Origin: Spirochaetota bacterium
GTDB lineage: Bacteria; Spirochaetota; UBA4802; UBA5550
DNA: 64,000 nucleotides
Reading direction: 5' to 3'
Assembly (NCBI GenBank): GCA_003246895.1
Contig: QKCL01000013.1
Location: 4,363-68,362 of the forward strand
Shown: in pieces, positions 36,823-47,522 of the stretch
Layout of the letters: the number at the start of each line of letters is the position of its first letter
Position numbering within the stretch: the stretch's first letter is position 1
Notes under the pieces: model-generated
What the model saw: the letters and a program-made list of their open reading frames with translations, nothing else
What the model was told of the DNA's origin: nothing
The model's database searches: none
Made by a program: the position numbers and the translations under genes

Positions 36823-36912
36823 GGCAAAGAGTTTTATACTATTTCTCTGATAAAACGCTTGACATCACACAAATGTATGCTATTTTTATGTTTAGTTATA
36901 TGGAGATGAATT

Positions 36913-37521
36913 ATGGCCAAGGCACTTACTGAAAAACAGCAGCTAATCTACGATTTCATACGGGATGCGATAAACGAATCAGGCTTCCCCCCTACAGTTA
37001 GAGAAATCGGTGACAGATTCCAGATAACAGTAAAGGGCGCCTATGACCACCTGAAGGCAATTGAGAAAAAGGGTTTCATTCAGACCCAGCAGAATAAGTC
37101 CAGGGCAATTGTACTTCTCGGTGAAGAAACAGAGACATCACATGGAGACAATATCTCAATTCCGGTTGTGGGACGTATTGCCGCCGGTGTTCCGATACTT
37201 GCAGAAGAGAACATTGATGATCATATTACATTTCCGGCTTCAATGCTCGGCACAGGCAATTTTTTTGCCCTTCTCGTTTCAGGTGATTCAATGATTGAAG
37301 GCGGGATAAACGATGGAGATATCGCTATAATCAGACAGCAGGATACAGCAAACAACGGTGACATCATTGCCGCACTTCTTGACAATGAAGCCACCTTGAA
37401 GGAATTTAAAAAACTAAGTGATCACGTCGAACTTATTCCCCATAACAGTTCCTATGAACCGATAAAAACCAGGGATATTTCCATACTGGGAAAGCTGGTG
37501 GCTATTTTCAGACAGTACTGA
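36913..37521 (+). CDS. lexA: LexA repressor (S24 peptidase).
   Basis: N-terminal wHTH (LTEKQQLIYDFI...PTVREIG). Catalytic Ser in GDSMIEGGI and Lys in ATLKEF. RBS GGAGATG. Confidence 0.85.
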   Translation: MAKALTEKQQLIYDFIRDAINESGFPPTVREIGDRFQITVKGAYDHLKAIEKKGFIQTQQNKSRAIVLLGEETETSHGDNISIPVVGRIAAGVPILAEENIDDHITFPASMLGTGNFFALLVSGDSMIEGGINDGDIAIIRQQDTANNGDIIAALLDNEATLKEFKKLSDHVELIPHNSSYEPIKTRDISILGKLVAIFRQY

Positions 37522-37905
37522 TCCAATTTTATAGTGATACTCCATCCGCAAAGTCACTTAAAAAAAAGGTATAACTGTTCATTTTCAGGAAATTAAAAGT
37601 AACAGCATTACCCCCAATCTCTCCCTGGAAAGCCGGCCTTTTATTTGAGGAAGTCATCAAATTCAGAGATAAAATCACTGAAGTTTCCGCTTTCCTCAAC
37701 AAGCCTGCCAAGTTCGTATGTAGATAGTGCTATCGGTGTTCATATTGGGAGTTGGCATTATACTTATAATTCTAATGACTATCCCATGCTCCTGCCGATC
37801 CAGAAATTTCCCCTGGTACCATCGGCATTGCAGTTCTTCTTTTTTATTTGACATTCACAACATTAAGGTTCTAATGTAGCAAATCAAATAATCATTTCCG
37901 GTAAT

Positions 37906-39360
37906 ATGCTGCAGAAAATAATTATTACAATACTGTTTATACCAGTTCTCGCATCTCATCTCCCGGCAAAACCTCTTGCCGGTGTTGCGTTGATAACATC
38001 AAATAACGCCAGAGCAGGAGCCATTGCAGACCTCTTTGAAAGGCATATTATTTCCATACTTAAAAAAACAGAGATATTTTCAACAGTTGAATACGGTATA
38101 ATAAAGAAAGAACTGCAGAAATTCAGCTGCACATCTGAACGGTGTGTACTCGGATTTTCCAAAAGCGCGAAATTTTCATTTCTTGTTACCGGCAGTGTTA
38201 CAGACCGTAACGACTATATTACTGTAGAACTTTCAGCCTACGGCACAATGCCTCCCCATGACAGCAGATTAATAGCTGACAGAAGGGTTAAAATTAAACT
38301 GAAATACAATCTCACATCACGGGAATTCAGCCTTATTTCCGAAGAGCATGCAGGTAAATTCATATCATCTGCCCTAAAACATTTCAAAGAACCTGTTTAT
38401 ATAAAAAACAGCAGGCCCGATACTGCCCGGAAACTTTCCGGCACATACAGTTTATATATCGCTGAAAACGGTTTTACAAGGGAATATGGAAAAGTCACTG
38501 TCCGGGACGGTATAATAACAGAACCTGTTGATGAAACAAAAAGTCCCTTTATTTTAATTTCACATGACAAAAAAGCTGAAGACATCTCTGAATACTATAC
38601 CAATGAAAAAAGAAAAATAGTATTCAAAAAAACATCCCTCTACGATACTTTTTACTTCATGCTGTTCACTGCCCCTGCAAGCGCCACCATGCCATTTGCC
38701 TCTCCGGTTCTTGGATATTCGGCTCAAAACGACTGGCAGGGGCTCGGCCTTTGGGCGGTAAATGCCTCTCCATACCTCTATGGTGAAGCCAGGGGATTTA
38801 TCAACAGACCTTCAAAACTCAGGTCTGAAAACAGGGATATTACCAGAGATGACATGGCCATGAACTACTTTGCCTGGTATATGCTTCTGGCCGGGGGAAC
38901 CCCGCTGTTTATTGATGCCTTTTCACATGATTACCTGAACAGGGCATCATATTTCAAGGACAAATATGACCTCATGGGAAACAGCTACACCGCCGCCTGG
39001 CTTTCTCTTATCAGCAACGGAGGCGGGCATTTTTACAGAGGCAGCAGATCGTGGGGGTATTTCTATTTTCATCTGAACAATATTCTCCTTTACATGACCT
39101 TGAGAGAATATGTTCAGCCTGAAGAGTACAACAGCACAACAGGAGCCTATGAAAAACAGTCACGTAACAGTAAAAGCGCAGCAATATGGGGCTCTGTTCT
39201 GGCTATATCCAAAACAGTAGAGATAATACACGCAGTATATTCAAACGACCGCATCGAAAACGGCCAGGAAATTACAGGGGGATTTTCAACAGAACCTGTC
39301 TTCTCCTTCGACTACTCCGGCAAACCTGTATACGGCCTTAACTTTACATTCAGGTACTGA
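37906..39360 (+). CDS. Secreted hypothetical protein (484 aa) with a CsgG/LpoB-like N-terminal fold and an aromatic C-terminus (FRY).
   Basis: Signal peptide is present. No catalytic motifs recognised. Confidence 0.45.
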   Translation: MLQKIIITILFIPVLASHLPAKPLAGVALITSNNARAGAIADLFERHIISILKKTEIFSTVEYGIIKKELQKFSCTSERCVLGFSKSAKFSFLVTGSVTDRNDYITVELSAYGTMPPHDSRLIADRRVKIKLKYNLTSREFSLISEEHAGKFISSALKHFKEPVYIKNSRPDTARKLSGTYSLYIAENGFTREYGKVTVRDGIITEPVDETKSPFILISHDKKAEDISEYYTNEKRKIVFKKTSLYDTFYFMLFTAPASATMPFASPVLGYSAQNDWQGLGLWAVNASPYLYGEARGFINRPSKLRSENRDITRDDMAMNYFAWYMLLAGGTPLFIDAFSHDYLNRASYFKDKYDLMGNSYTAAWLSLISNGGGHFYRGSRSWGYFYFHLNNILLYMTLREYVQPEEYNSTTGAYEKQSRNSKSAAIWGSVLAISKTVEIIHAVYSNDRIENGQEITGGFSTEPVFSFDYSGKPVYGLNFTFRY

Positions 39361-39362
39361 TT

Positions 39363-40193
39363 TTGGAAGAACTCTCCTCCATAATAAAAACCAAAACCGA
39401 AAAACTGCACAGCATTATTTTACCCTTAAAAAAAGTATGTATTGCCTTTTCAGGCGGTGTGGACAGTTCCCTCATCGTGGAAACATGCAGAAATATAAAT
39501 ATACCCTTTCTTGCTGTTTCTGTGAAAAGCGAATTTCTTTCGGAAGCTGAAGAGAAAAACATTGTTGCGGCAGTTAACAAATACTGTTTTAACCATAAGT
39601 GGATTGAGGCATCACTCCTTCAGAATTCGGATGTATCATCTAATCCGGAACTGAGATGCTACCACTGCAAAAAACTGATTTTTAAAAAAATTGCCCTTGC
39701 AGCTGCCCAATATGGTACTGACAAAATACTCGAAGGGAGCCATTCAGATGACCTTGAAGACTACCGGCCTGGATCGGCAGCAATTAAGGAACTCGCTATA
39801 ACAAGTCCCCTTGCACTGGCCGGTTTTACAAAGCAGGAAATACGTGACCTTGCCAGATATTACGGCCTTGATAACTGGAACAAACCTTCCATGCCGTGTC
39901 TGGCCACAAGAATTCCCTACAACACTCCAATTACAGAAAAAAAATTGAAGGAGATTGAAGTTGCCGAAAATTTTTTGTTTTCACTTGGATTCAAAACCGC
40001 AAGGGTAAGGCATCACGGGACAGTTGCAAGAATCGAGGTTGATGAATCTGACTTTTACAAGGTTCTCAGTCCGGGAACAAGAGCCGAAATAACGGCCAGA
40101 CTTAAAGAAACCGGTTTTGAATATGTTTCTCTCGATATTGAAGGATACAGATCCGGCAGTATGAACCGTGAAATAAACAGTAATCCCCAATGA
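39363..40193 (+). CDS. PP-loop ATP pyrophosphatase of the LarE/TIGR00268 family.
   Basis: PP-loop SGGVDSS. Conserved Cys in the PCLATRIPY segment. Confidence 0.65.
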   Translation: MEELSSIIKTKTEKLHSIILPLKKVCIAFSGGVDSSLIVETCRNINIPFLAVSVKSEFLSEAEEKNIVAAVNKYCFNHKWIEASLLQNSDVSSNPELRCYHCKKLIFKKIALAAAQYGTDKILEGSHSDDLEDYRPGSAAIKELAITSPLALAGFTKQEIRDLARYYGLDNWNKPSMPCLATRIPYNTPITEKKLKEIEVAENFLFSLGFKTARVRHHGTVARIEVDESDFYKVLSPGTRAEITARLKETGFEYVSLDIEGYRSGSMNREINSNPQ

Positions 40194-40351
40194 ACCTTTA
40201 ACTTGTTTTAATGAAGGAGAGATCCACGGGTGAACATGTTCATAAACATGCCACCGTATACACTTAGAGTCCCCTGAATACCGGAGAAATTAACATTATC
40301 TATGAGGATCGGATAGTATGCGGAACCGGAACAATAAAAACACACTGCAAT

Positions 40352-41830
40352 TCATGAAGGAAATAAGTCACTGTATATTTTTTTAACATTTTCGTGCAGG
40401 GCGGCAAGCGCTTCCAGTCCTTCTATTTTAAAATACTCAAGAGTTGATATATCGATATATGAATAATAGTATTTCCTCTCTTCAACCCCGCATAAAAGAT
40501 TTGCGAGATTGACCAGGTATGTAACTGCCGAATATTCCTCATCTATTAGACTGGGTGTGTGGTGATTTCCGATTGTTTCTATAAGATACTGCGGGAGATT
40601 CCATTTTTCAGAAATGACCCTTCCAATCTCTGAATGACTTATTCCGATTGAAATCTCCTCCATAACTGTTGTAGTAACTATCTGTCTGTCTCTGATAATG
40701 TCTGCAATCATCTGCAGTGATTTCATATCAACAGCTAGCAGTATTACCTTTCCAAGATCATGAAGCAGGCCCGCAAGAAATGCATTTTCTCCGTCTTTTT
40801 TCAGGTTATATATCCCTGAGATAATTCTGGAGTATGCCGCAACCTTGTTGCAGTGTTCCCATATCTCCTCAAATTTATCATACCTGCTTTCAAGAATCTT
40901 CCTGGCACTTGTTGCAATGAGTATTGACTGAAGGTTTTTTATACCTATTGTCATAATTGCAGGTTCTATTTCCGCCACCCTGGAAGAACATATGAAACCA
41001 GCTGAATTCGCCATTTTAATAACATCTGCCGATACTGAAAGATCGTGCTCAATCTTTTCAGCAAGTTCCTTAATGGATACATCACTGTTCCTGCACATTT
41101 CCATAAGTTCTATAATATTTTGGGGGAATGTAGGAATTCCGTCAATCTGCTGGAGAATCAGGTCCTTGATTTTATTGGAAACTTCAATGGGCCTCACGCT
41201 GCAGGGGATAAACAGTGAGGCAACTGTCTCATTTCCAACAGACTTTATTGAGAACGAATTGTTTGAAAGCCCCATATTCCTCATACACATGAGAATGAGC
41301 ACCAGTCCAAGTCCCGCACCCTCCTTTTCATCACCCATTTTTTCAAAAATATCAACAAGATTATCATTTTCCATGGCTACTGCGATCCTCTGGTTTATCC
41401 TTGTCACTTCCTCAGGCAGAATAACCGAATTATTCGCCACTTCAAATATTAAACCTTCAGAGGAATTCTTCACAGTGAGGGATATGTGCATGTCATATTC
41501 CTTAAGAAAATCATGAATCAGTTCAAAATCACCTATAATTGTCTCTCTGAAAAGATTCATTCCCATTTCATAATCCTCATCACTGGATATATCCAGACCG
41601 TTCATTTCAAAAAAGACCCTCTTTGCATTAGCCTTGAGGGAATTGATTATGAGTTCGCGGATTATTGTGAGGACGGAATAAAGAAAATATAATTTATCAT
41701 ATCTGGCAAGAACACCTGCGACTATGGTATTTATTCTGTTATTTGTTTTTTCATTTATAAATTTGAACCTGAATTTAATGTCCTTCTTCAGATTGATTCG
41801 CTTCATGATTTCATTAAAATTGATGTTCAT
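40352..41830 (-). CDS. HDOD-domain signalling protein.
   Basis: HDOD hallmark GLLHDLGKVILL. The N-terminal half is unassigned. Confidence 0.65.
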   Translation of the reverse strand: MNINFNEIMKRINLKKDIKFRFKFINEKTNNRINTIVAGVLARYDKLYFLYSVLTIIRELIINSLKANAKRVFFEMNGLDISSDEDYEMGMNLFRETIIGDFELIHDFLKEYDMHISLTVKNSSEGLIFEVANNSVILPEEVTRINQRIAVAMENDNLVDIFEKMGDEKEGAGLGLVLILMCMRNMGLSNNSFSIKSVGNETVASLFIPCSVRPIEVSNKIKDLILQQIDGIPTFPQNIIELMEMCRNSDVSIKELAEKIEHDLSVSADVIKMANSAGFICSSRVAEIEPAIMTIGIKNLQSILIATSARKILESRYDKFEEIWEHCNKVAAYSRIISGIYNLKKDGENAFLAGLLHDLGKVILLAVDMKSLQMIADIIRDRQIVTTTVMEEISIGISHSEIGRVISEKWNLPQYLIETIGNHHTPSLIDEEYSAVTYLVNLANLLCGVEERKYYYSYIDISTLEYFKIEGLEALAALHENVKKIYSDLFPS

Positions 41831-41994
41831 TCAAATACCGTAAAATTGCATAATCCAAAACACCATAACCGGCCAGATAAAAATATCTTGCTCTTTAAAA
41901 CAACATGATGTTATATATACTTTAATATATTTGACAAAATTTTGCTACTAAAATATTCATAAAGTGCATCAAATTATACTGGAGTTTTAAGGAA

Positions 41995-42954
41995 ATGCAG
42001 ATCAGACTCTGGGGAGTGAGAGGCTCACTTCCGTCACCAATAAACAATCATGAATACAGGGGAAAACTCAAAAGGGTTCTTCAATCTGCAGTTGAAAAAA
42101 AACTCAGTTCTGCAGACGACATTGATTCATTTATGGACAGTCTGCCCGACGAGATCGGTCATGTATTTGGCGGAGACACAACATGCGTTTCAGTAAGATC
42201 CAATTCAGGAAATATATATATTCTTGATGCGGGAACAGGTATCAGGCGCCTTGGAGATGAACTTATGGAAGGCGACTGCGGCAAAGGCAAGGGGACTGTA
42301 AACATACTCTTTACACATAATCACTGGGATCATATTCAGGGGCTCCCGTTTTTCCGTCCCATTTACGTTCCTGGTAACACTTTGAATATATATTCACCCT
42401 ACCCTGATCAGAAAAAGCATCTTGAAAACCAGATGAATCCTCCCCATTTCCCTGCGAAATTTGAAGACACACTGTCAGCCAAGAATTATCATCTTCTGGA
42501 CAGATCTCCTTCAAAAGTTGTCGAACTTGAAGATGACCTTAAAGTAAGTATATATCCCCTGAAGCACCCACAGGGATGCTATGCCTATAAATTCTGCCAG
42601 GCAGGTAAGACATTCATATTTGCAACCGATACGGAATTTACAGGTGAAATTATAGAAAACATCGATTCAAAAACAGATTTCTTTAAAAATGCCGATCTCC
42701 TCATTCTAGACTCACAGTATACCCTTAACGAAGCCTTCCTGAAAGTAGACTGGGGACATACAAGCTATACCATGGCTGTAAACTGCGCCATAAACTGGAA
42801 TATAAAAACACTGCTCATGACACATCACGAACCTGCATATTCCGACGACATACTGCAGGAAAATTATAAACTTGCCTTGAGCCATGCGGACATGCTGAAT
42901 AACAGCACCACTAAAATACTCCTGGCAAGGGAGGGAATGATCTTTGATCTTTAG
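41995..42954 (+). CDS. MBL-fold metallo-hydrolase.
   Basis: HxHxDH motif FTHNHWDHIQG. Confidence 0.7.
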   Translation: MQIRLWGVRGSLPSPINNHEYRGKLKRVLQSAVEKKLSSADDIDSFMDSLPDEIGHVFGGDTTCVSVRSNSGNIYILDAGTGIRRLGDELMEGDCGKGKGTVNILFTHNHWDHIQGLPFFRPIYVPGNTLNIYSPYPDQKKHLENQMNPPHFPAKFEDTLSAKNYHLLDRSPSKVVELEDDLKVSIYPLKHPQGCYAYKFCQAGKTFIFATDTEFTGEIIENIDSKTDFFKNADLLILDSQYTLNEAFLKVDWGHTSYTMAVNCAINWNIKTLLMTHHEPAYSDDILQENYKLALSHADMLNNSTTKILLAREGMIFDL

Positions 42955-43732
42955 AACACTGATCATATTCTGCATTTTCATATCCTGTACCGTTTCTCTG
43001 TACTCTCAACGTACTAAATCCAGTCTAAGTGCAGGTGAGCAGCGCCATGCGGAGAGATCACTCAAAAATGCACGGTACTTCATTGAATTCCTCGATTCCA
43101 CAGTTTCAAATTCAGGTACAGATGAAGAGAAAAATCTTTTTATTGAAGCAGTTAGACGAGATACAATCAGCCGTATCCTGTACATGAAATTTGCGTTTCA
43201 CGATTCATTTACTGAAACCAAAAAAAGCCACATCATAATAATTCAGCTCCTTCAGAAACTCATTGCCAGAGAAACATCCGGTGCCAGAGAACTTCTCAAT
43301 GATTTTGCCAGAGAAGTTTTCAAATCCGGAATAAGCCAGTCAAAAAAATACATTGCCCTGGGATACAGGTCTCTGAAATGGTCTGAGAAAACAGGCATAA
43401 TGGCGGATAATTTTACTGAGAGCAATTACTCCATAAGAATTTATGAATACATCACTGCATTGAAAAGGGCAAAATATGCCAAGAGATATGCAATACTGGC
43501 CATCATCCACTGCCGCATCGAACCCTGGCACAGACTGAAAGCGGACTATGGAAGTTTTGATAAAATACAGAATTACATTAATAAATATTTATCCGACATG
43601 AAAGATAAAATCACCCCCATTCACAGGGACAACTATTACATGCTGAACAATACATCACAGTATAAATATCTCATCAACAGCCCGGGGCTGGAGGAAATCC
43701 CGGAATACAAAGAATATCTCAGGAAGCTGTAA
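42944..43732 (+). CDS. Secreted hypothetical protein.
   Basis: Signal peptide LIIFCIFISCTVSLYSQ. 262 aa. Confidence 0.4.
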   Translation: MIFRTLIIFCIFISCTVSLYSQRTKSSLSAGEQRHAERSLKNARYFIEFLDSTVSNSGTDEEKNLFIEAVRRDTISRILYMKFAFHDSFTETKKSHIIIIQLLQKLIARETSGARELLNDFAREVFKSGISQSKKYIALGYRSLKWSEKTGIMADNFTESNYSIRIYEYITALKRAKYAKRYAILAIIHCRIEPWHRLKADYGSFDKIQNYINKYLSDMKDKITPIHRDNYYMLNNTSQYKYLINSPGLEEIPEYKEYLRKL

Positions 43733-43735
43733 ATC

Positions 43736-46042
43736 ATGAAAATTAATTTTCCAACAACACTATTACTATCACTCATATTAATATCATGCGGCAAGGATAT
43801 TACAGGTGATGAACTGTCAAAATCCGGATTCTATTCCACCCCTGCAGGGATAATCTCTCAATTTTCAAACAAACAGTCACAGGACTATAGGATAAACTAC
43901 CTTTTAGGAAAGGCCTTTTTCGAGAAAAAGGACTACAAAAAGTCTATTTTTTATTTTGCAAACAGCTGCTTTAAGTCCAAACAGAATTTTAAACTGAGAC
44001 TATTCCCACAACCTGTTTATTCCTTTGTCGACGGATTCCATTTTAAAAGCCCCTATTATGATGATTCCATCTTTCATATATCAAAACTTTTTTACACATA
44101 CAGGGAATATAAATATGTTATAAAATTCATTGAACTCATGGACAGCTGCGACACTGCCCTTTACAGGGATGCAGTCATACTTAAATCCATGTGTCTGGAA
44201 AAACTCAACAGAGACAATGAAGCAGTTGAACTTCTGCGGAAGACACTGGAGAAATTCACTGATTCCGGATCATCGGCACTTATAAATATCAGAATCGCAT
44301 CCATTCTTGAAAAAAATAATAACTACAAAAGGGCTGCCGCTTCCTATCTGAACATACTAACCAAAGGTTCCGACAGATGGCATAACTCCCTTGCTGCTGA
44401 CCACATTCTCTATATGGTCAGGGAAAAAAAGGCAAAGTTCAGAGAAAAGGATCTGATCCTAACTGCAAAGGCTCTTGCAGATTCAAAAAAATATAAAAAT
44501 GCTTCTGAAATCATCGAATCAAAATTATCTGCATCGACTGGCCGTGAGATCGAATCACTTAAAATTTCTGTATACACAAACACTGCCCCGTCAAAGGCTG
44601 AATCACTTCTAAAACAGATGAAGGAGAAGACTTATTTTCAGTCATTAATGCTGGACTACGCCAATGCCCTCTGGGACAGAGGCAGTAAGGGAAGAGCGGT
44701 AACTCTCTACCGAGAAATTATAGATAGAGGAAAAGCGGACAAGGACATTGCAAGGAGAATTCTTACCCGCCTCTCCTACTACTATGATGACCGTAATAAC
44801 CCTCTGCTGGTGAACTACATGACCAAATATGCCGAACTGTTCCCAGGAGACAGCCAGACTCCCAAATTCTACTGGTTAATGGGAAGATACAATTTAAGAA
44901 AGACTTCAATAGAAAATGCCCTGAAATACTTTAACATAGTTATAGACAAATATCCGGAAAGCACCTACAGTGCAAACTCATCATACTGGAAACTAAGGAT
45001 TCTTAGAGCCTCAAAAAATCCGGCAGAAAAGGAACAGATAAAACTCCTTTCCGGTATGCACTACTACAATCCTTCATCTCCTTACACACTCAGGGAGATT
45101 GAGGCTCTGTCAGCCAATATGACAGGCCGGTCCATACTTGATAAATACAAGTCTGAAAAAAAGAAGGAGAATTACATGGGAATGCTCCTGTATACTTCAA
45201 TGCTTTTTATTAAAAACGGATACAGTGATGCTGTAAAGACCATGAAAAATGATTTTCCAGATAATTTTTCATCAAAATTTACAAAATTCCAGGAGATAAT
45301 AAACAAGGGGAAATACAGATCCTCCATGGAGAAAAAACTCATGGCTCTGGAAAAGTACTTTGCAGTTGGCGATGAGGATGCCATCAAAAATGAGATTTCC
45401 ATGATTGATAACGGTGAAGAGGACAGGGAATACGACATTGCCCTGACATATGCACTTTTCGGAAAAAAATATCACAATTTCTTTTTTAGTTCGTCATACT
45501 CTTTCAAAATAATAAACAGGGAGAAGGCAACGGAATATCTTCCCTTCATGGACAAAGCCACTGCCAGAATGCTCTATCCCGCAGCATTTATTGAATGCAT
45601 AAATTCCGCAGCCCGTGCATATGGACTCAAAAGATCGACCATACTTTCCATGATAAAGGCTGAATCATACTTTATTCCCGGTGCAGTATCGCCTGTGGGA
45701 GCCAGGGGACTTCTCCAGCTCATGCCTCCCACAGCATCAGGCATTGCCAAAAGTCTCAAAATCAGGAAATACGATCTTCTTGATCCATGCACATCAATCA
45801 AGTTCGGCGCTGACTATATAAAATGGCTTGAAAAATACTACAAAGGCCGAATCGAATACATGGTCGCCGCATACAACGCAGGAGCCGGTAATGTAAACAA
45901 CTGGATAAAAAAATACTCAGGAAAAGATATGGATTATTTTACTGAGTTCACACCTTTTAATGAAACAAGATATTATATATATAACACTCAAAAATTCAAG
46001 ATTCAGTACGAAAGCATTGATAAGGGAGGCCTGACTGATTAG
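43736..46042 (+). CDS. Soluble lytic murein transglycosylase (TPR/superhelical domain plus SLT domain) lipoprotein.
   Basis: Lipobox LILISCG. SLT motifs ESYF..GAVSPVGARGLLQLMP and AYNAGAGNV. Confidence 0.8.
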   Translation: MKINFPTTLLLSLILISCGKDITGDELSKSGFYSTPAGIISQFSNKQSQDYRINYLLGKAFFEKKDYKKSIFYFANSCFKSKQNFKLRLFPQPVYSFVDGFHFKSPYYDDSIFHISKLFYTYREYKYVIKFIELMDSCDTALYRDAVILKSMCLEKLNRDNEAVELLRKTLEKFTDSGSSALINIRIASILEKNNNYKRAAASYLNILTKGSDRWHNSLAADHILYMVREKKAKFREKDLILTAKALADSKKYKNASEIIESKLSASTGREIESLKISVYTNTAPSKAESLLKQMKEKTYFQSLMLDYANALWDRGSKGRAVTLYREIIDRGKADKDIARRILTRLSYYYDDRNNPLLVNYMTKYAELFPGDSQTPKFYWLMGRYNLRKTSIENALKYFNIVIDKYPESTYSANSSYWKLRILRASKNPAEKEQIKLLSGMHYYNPSSPYTLREIEALSANMTGRSILDKYKSEKKKENYMGMLLYTSMLFIKNGYSDAVKTMKNDFPDNFSSKFTKFQEIINKGKYRSSMEKKLMALEKYFAVGDEDAIKNEISMIDNGEEDREYDIALTYALFGKKYHNFFFSSSYSFKIINREKATEYLPFMDKATARMLYPAAFIECINSAARAYGLKRSTILSMIKAESYFIPGAVSPVGARGLLQLMPPTASGIAKSLKIRKYDLLDPCTSIKFGADYIKWLEKYYKGRIEYMVAAYNAGAGNVNNWIKKYSGKDMDYFTEFTPFNETRYYIYNTQKFKIQYESIDKGGLTD

Positions 46043-46050
46043 ATTATTCT

Positions 46051-46731
46051 ATGGTAAAATATATCTTTATAATATTAATCTGTTTATTTTCCGCGGGTCA
46101 TGCAAAAAATGCTGAAATTTTCTGCGGGAGAATTGTGAATTATTCCGGGAAATGTTTACTGAACGGGACTTATATTTCGGAAGAAAAGACACTTTACATA
46201 AAGAGTAAAGATCTTGTATCCATAGCTCAGAATTCTTCAATGGACATATTACTAAATGACGGTACAGCATTAAGATTTCATGGCCCTGCATCAGCGGTAA
46301 TTGTCCATTCCAAATCCGGCCAGGGCGATCTCCCTACTTATATAAAAATCTTTTATGGGAGAATAAAGATCATACAGAGGAATTCATATCTCAAGCATTC
46401 ACTCACTGTCATAACAAAAAATTCCATCATTAAATCAGTAAATTCTTCATTTGATATGGTCTCTTCATTAAAAAAAGACATAATTCTTTCGAGAAGTGGA
46501 CAGTTCGGCATTGCAAATATAAAAGAGGTCCTCAACACTGCTCTTATAGTAAAATCAGGCTACCTCGTCACAGTGGATGAATCAGCCGCACCATATATTA
46601 CAGGATATCTGGAAAGAAAGAACAGAAAGTCCTGGATTTTTTCACACAGCATATCGGATAATAATGAACACATTACAGAATATAAAACAGAAAACGGCAT
46701 AGTGGAATGGATGCTTTCTCCGTTAAAATAA
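46051..46731 (+). CDS. Secreted hypothetical protein.
   Basis: Signal peptide. 226 aa. Confidence 0.4.
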   Translation: MVKYIFIILICLFSAGHAKNAEIFCGRIVNYSGKCLLNGTYISEEKTLYIKSKDLVSIAQNSSMDILLNDGTALRFHGPASAVIVHSKSGQGDLPTYIKIFYGRIKIIQRNSYLKHSLTVITKNSIIKSVNSSFDMVSSLKKDIILSRSGQFGIANIKEVLNTALIVKSGYLVTVDESAAPYITGYLERKNRKSWIFSHSISDNNEHITEYKTENGIVEWMLSPLK

Positions 46732-47522
46732 AAATTTCATATCCCTTCATCCTGTTGTCACTATTCCTTATTTCTTCATGCATAAGCGGAAACCTTTCTC
46801 AAGATGATGAAAAAAAAATCTCAAAAGAAATAGTTTCCATAAAAAATAAGTATCAGAAATCTGACTGGGAAGACAAAATCCGGCTCATTAAAAATATCGG
46901 TGAATATAAAAATAGTAAAAGCCACGATATTGTTCTTCAATTCTTACTTGAAGCACTGAGCAGGGAGCCGCATTCAAGGGTAAAAATTGAGGTTTTGAAG
47001 GAGCTTGAATACTTTAATGATGTAAAAATTATTCCCACTGTTTCTGAAACTGCCGATGACAACCCTGACAAAAATGTCAAATGGCATGCATATAGTCTTC
47101 TTGGTAAATTAGGCCATATTCAGGACAAACAGATATTTATTTCAGGTATTAAAAATACAGACTGGCTCGTCAGGGAGGCTGCACTTATTGCCATGCTGAA
47201 GGCCTCAACAGAGGATGAACAGAAAAATCTTAAGTCCTATATTATAAGCGGCCTTAAGTCCCACAGAATTTCAACTGTCATTTCAACCATGGAAAGTATT
47301 AAAATACAGGACAGGGAAATATTTGATATTCTTAAAAAAATGATATTTCAGAAAAATACCCCTCTTGAAATACTCAGAGGTGCCTTAAAGGGAATAAACG
47401 GTTACAGTCTTGATAGCGAAACAGAGGAAAAACTCAATGATCTGCTTCTCCATTGGGATAGCACTGTACGAATACTATCCCTGAGAGCCCTGAAGAAAAA
47501 TCAGCTTTTGCAGCAGATTTAA
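46707..47522 (+). CDS. HEAT-repeat lipoprotein.
   Basis: Lipobox LISSCIS. Repeated helical units with an (A/V)xxxLxxL periodicity. Confidence 0.5.
   Translation: MDAFSVKIKISYPFILLSLFLISSCISGNLSQDDEKKISKEIVSIKNKYQKSDWEDKIRLIKNIGEYKNSKSHDIVLQFLLEALSREPHSRVKIEVLKELEYFNDVKIIPTVSETADDNPDKNVKWHAYSLLGKLGHIQDKQIFISGIKNTDWLVREAALIAMLKASTEDEQKNLKSYIISGLKSHRISTVISTMESIKIQDREIFDILKKMIFQKNTPLEILRGALKGINGYSLDSETEEKLNDLLLHWDSTVRILSLRALKKNQLLQQI

Noticed and set aside
40226-40243. GAACATGTTC perfect 10-bp palindrome as a Cheo-type (GAAC-N4-GTTC) LexA box.
   Set aside because: The spacing is N2, not N4. It lies between convergent gene ends, not in a promoter.
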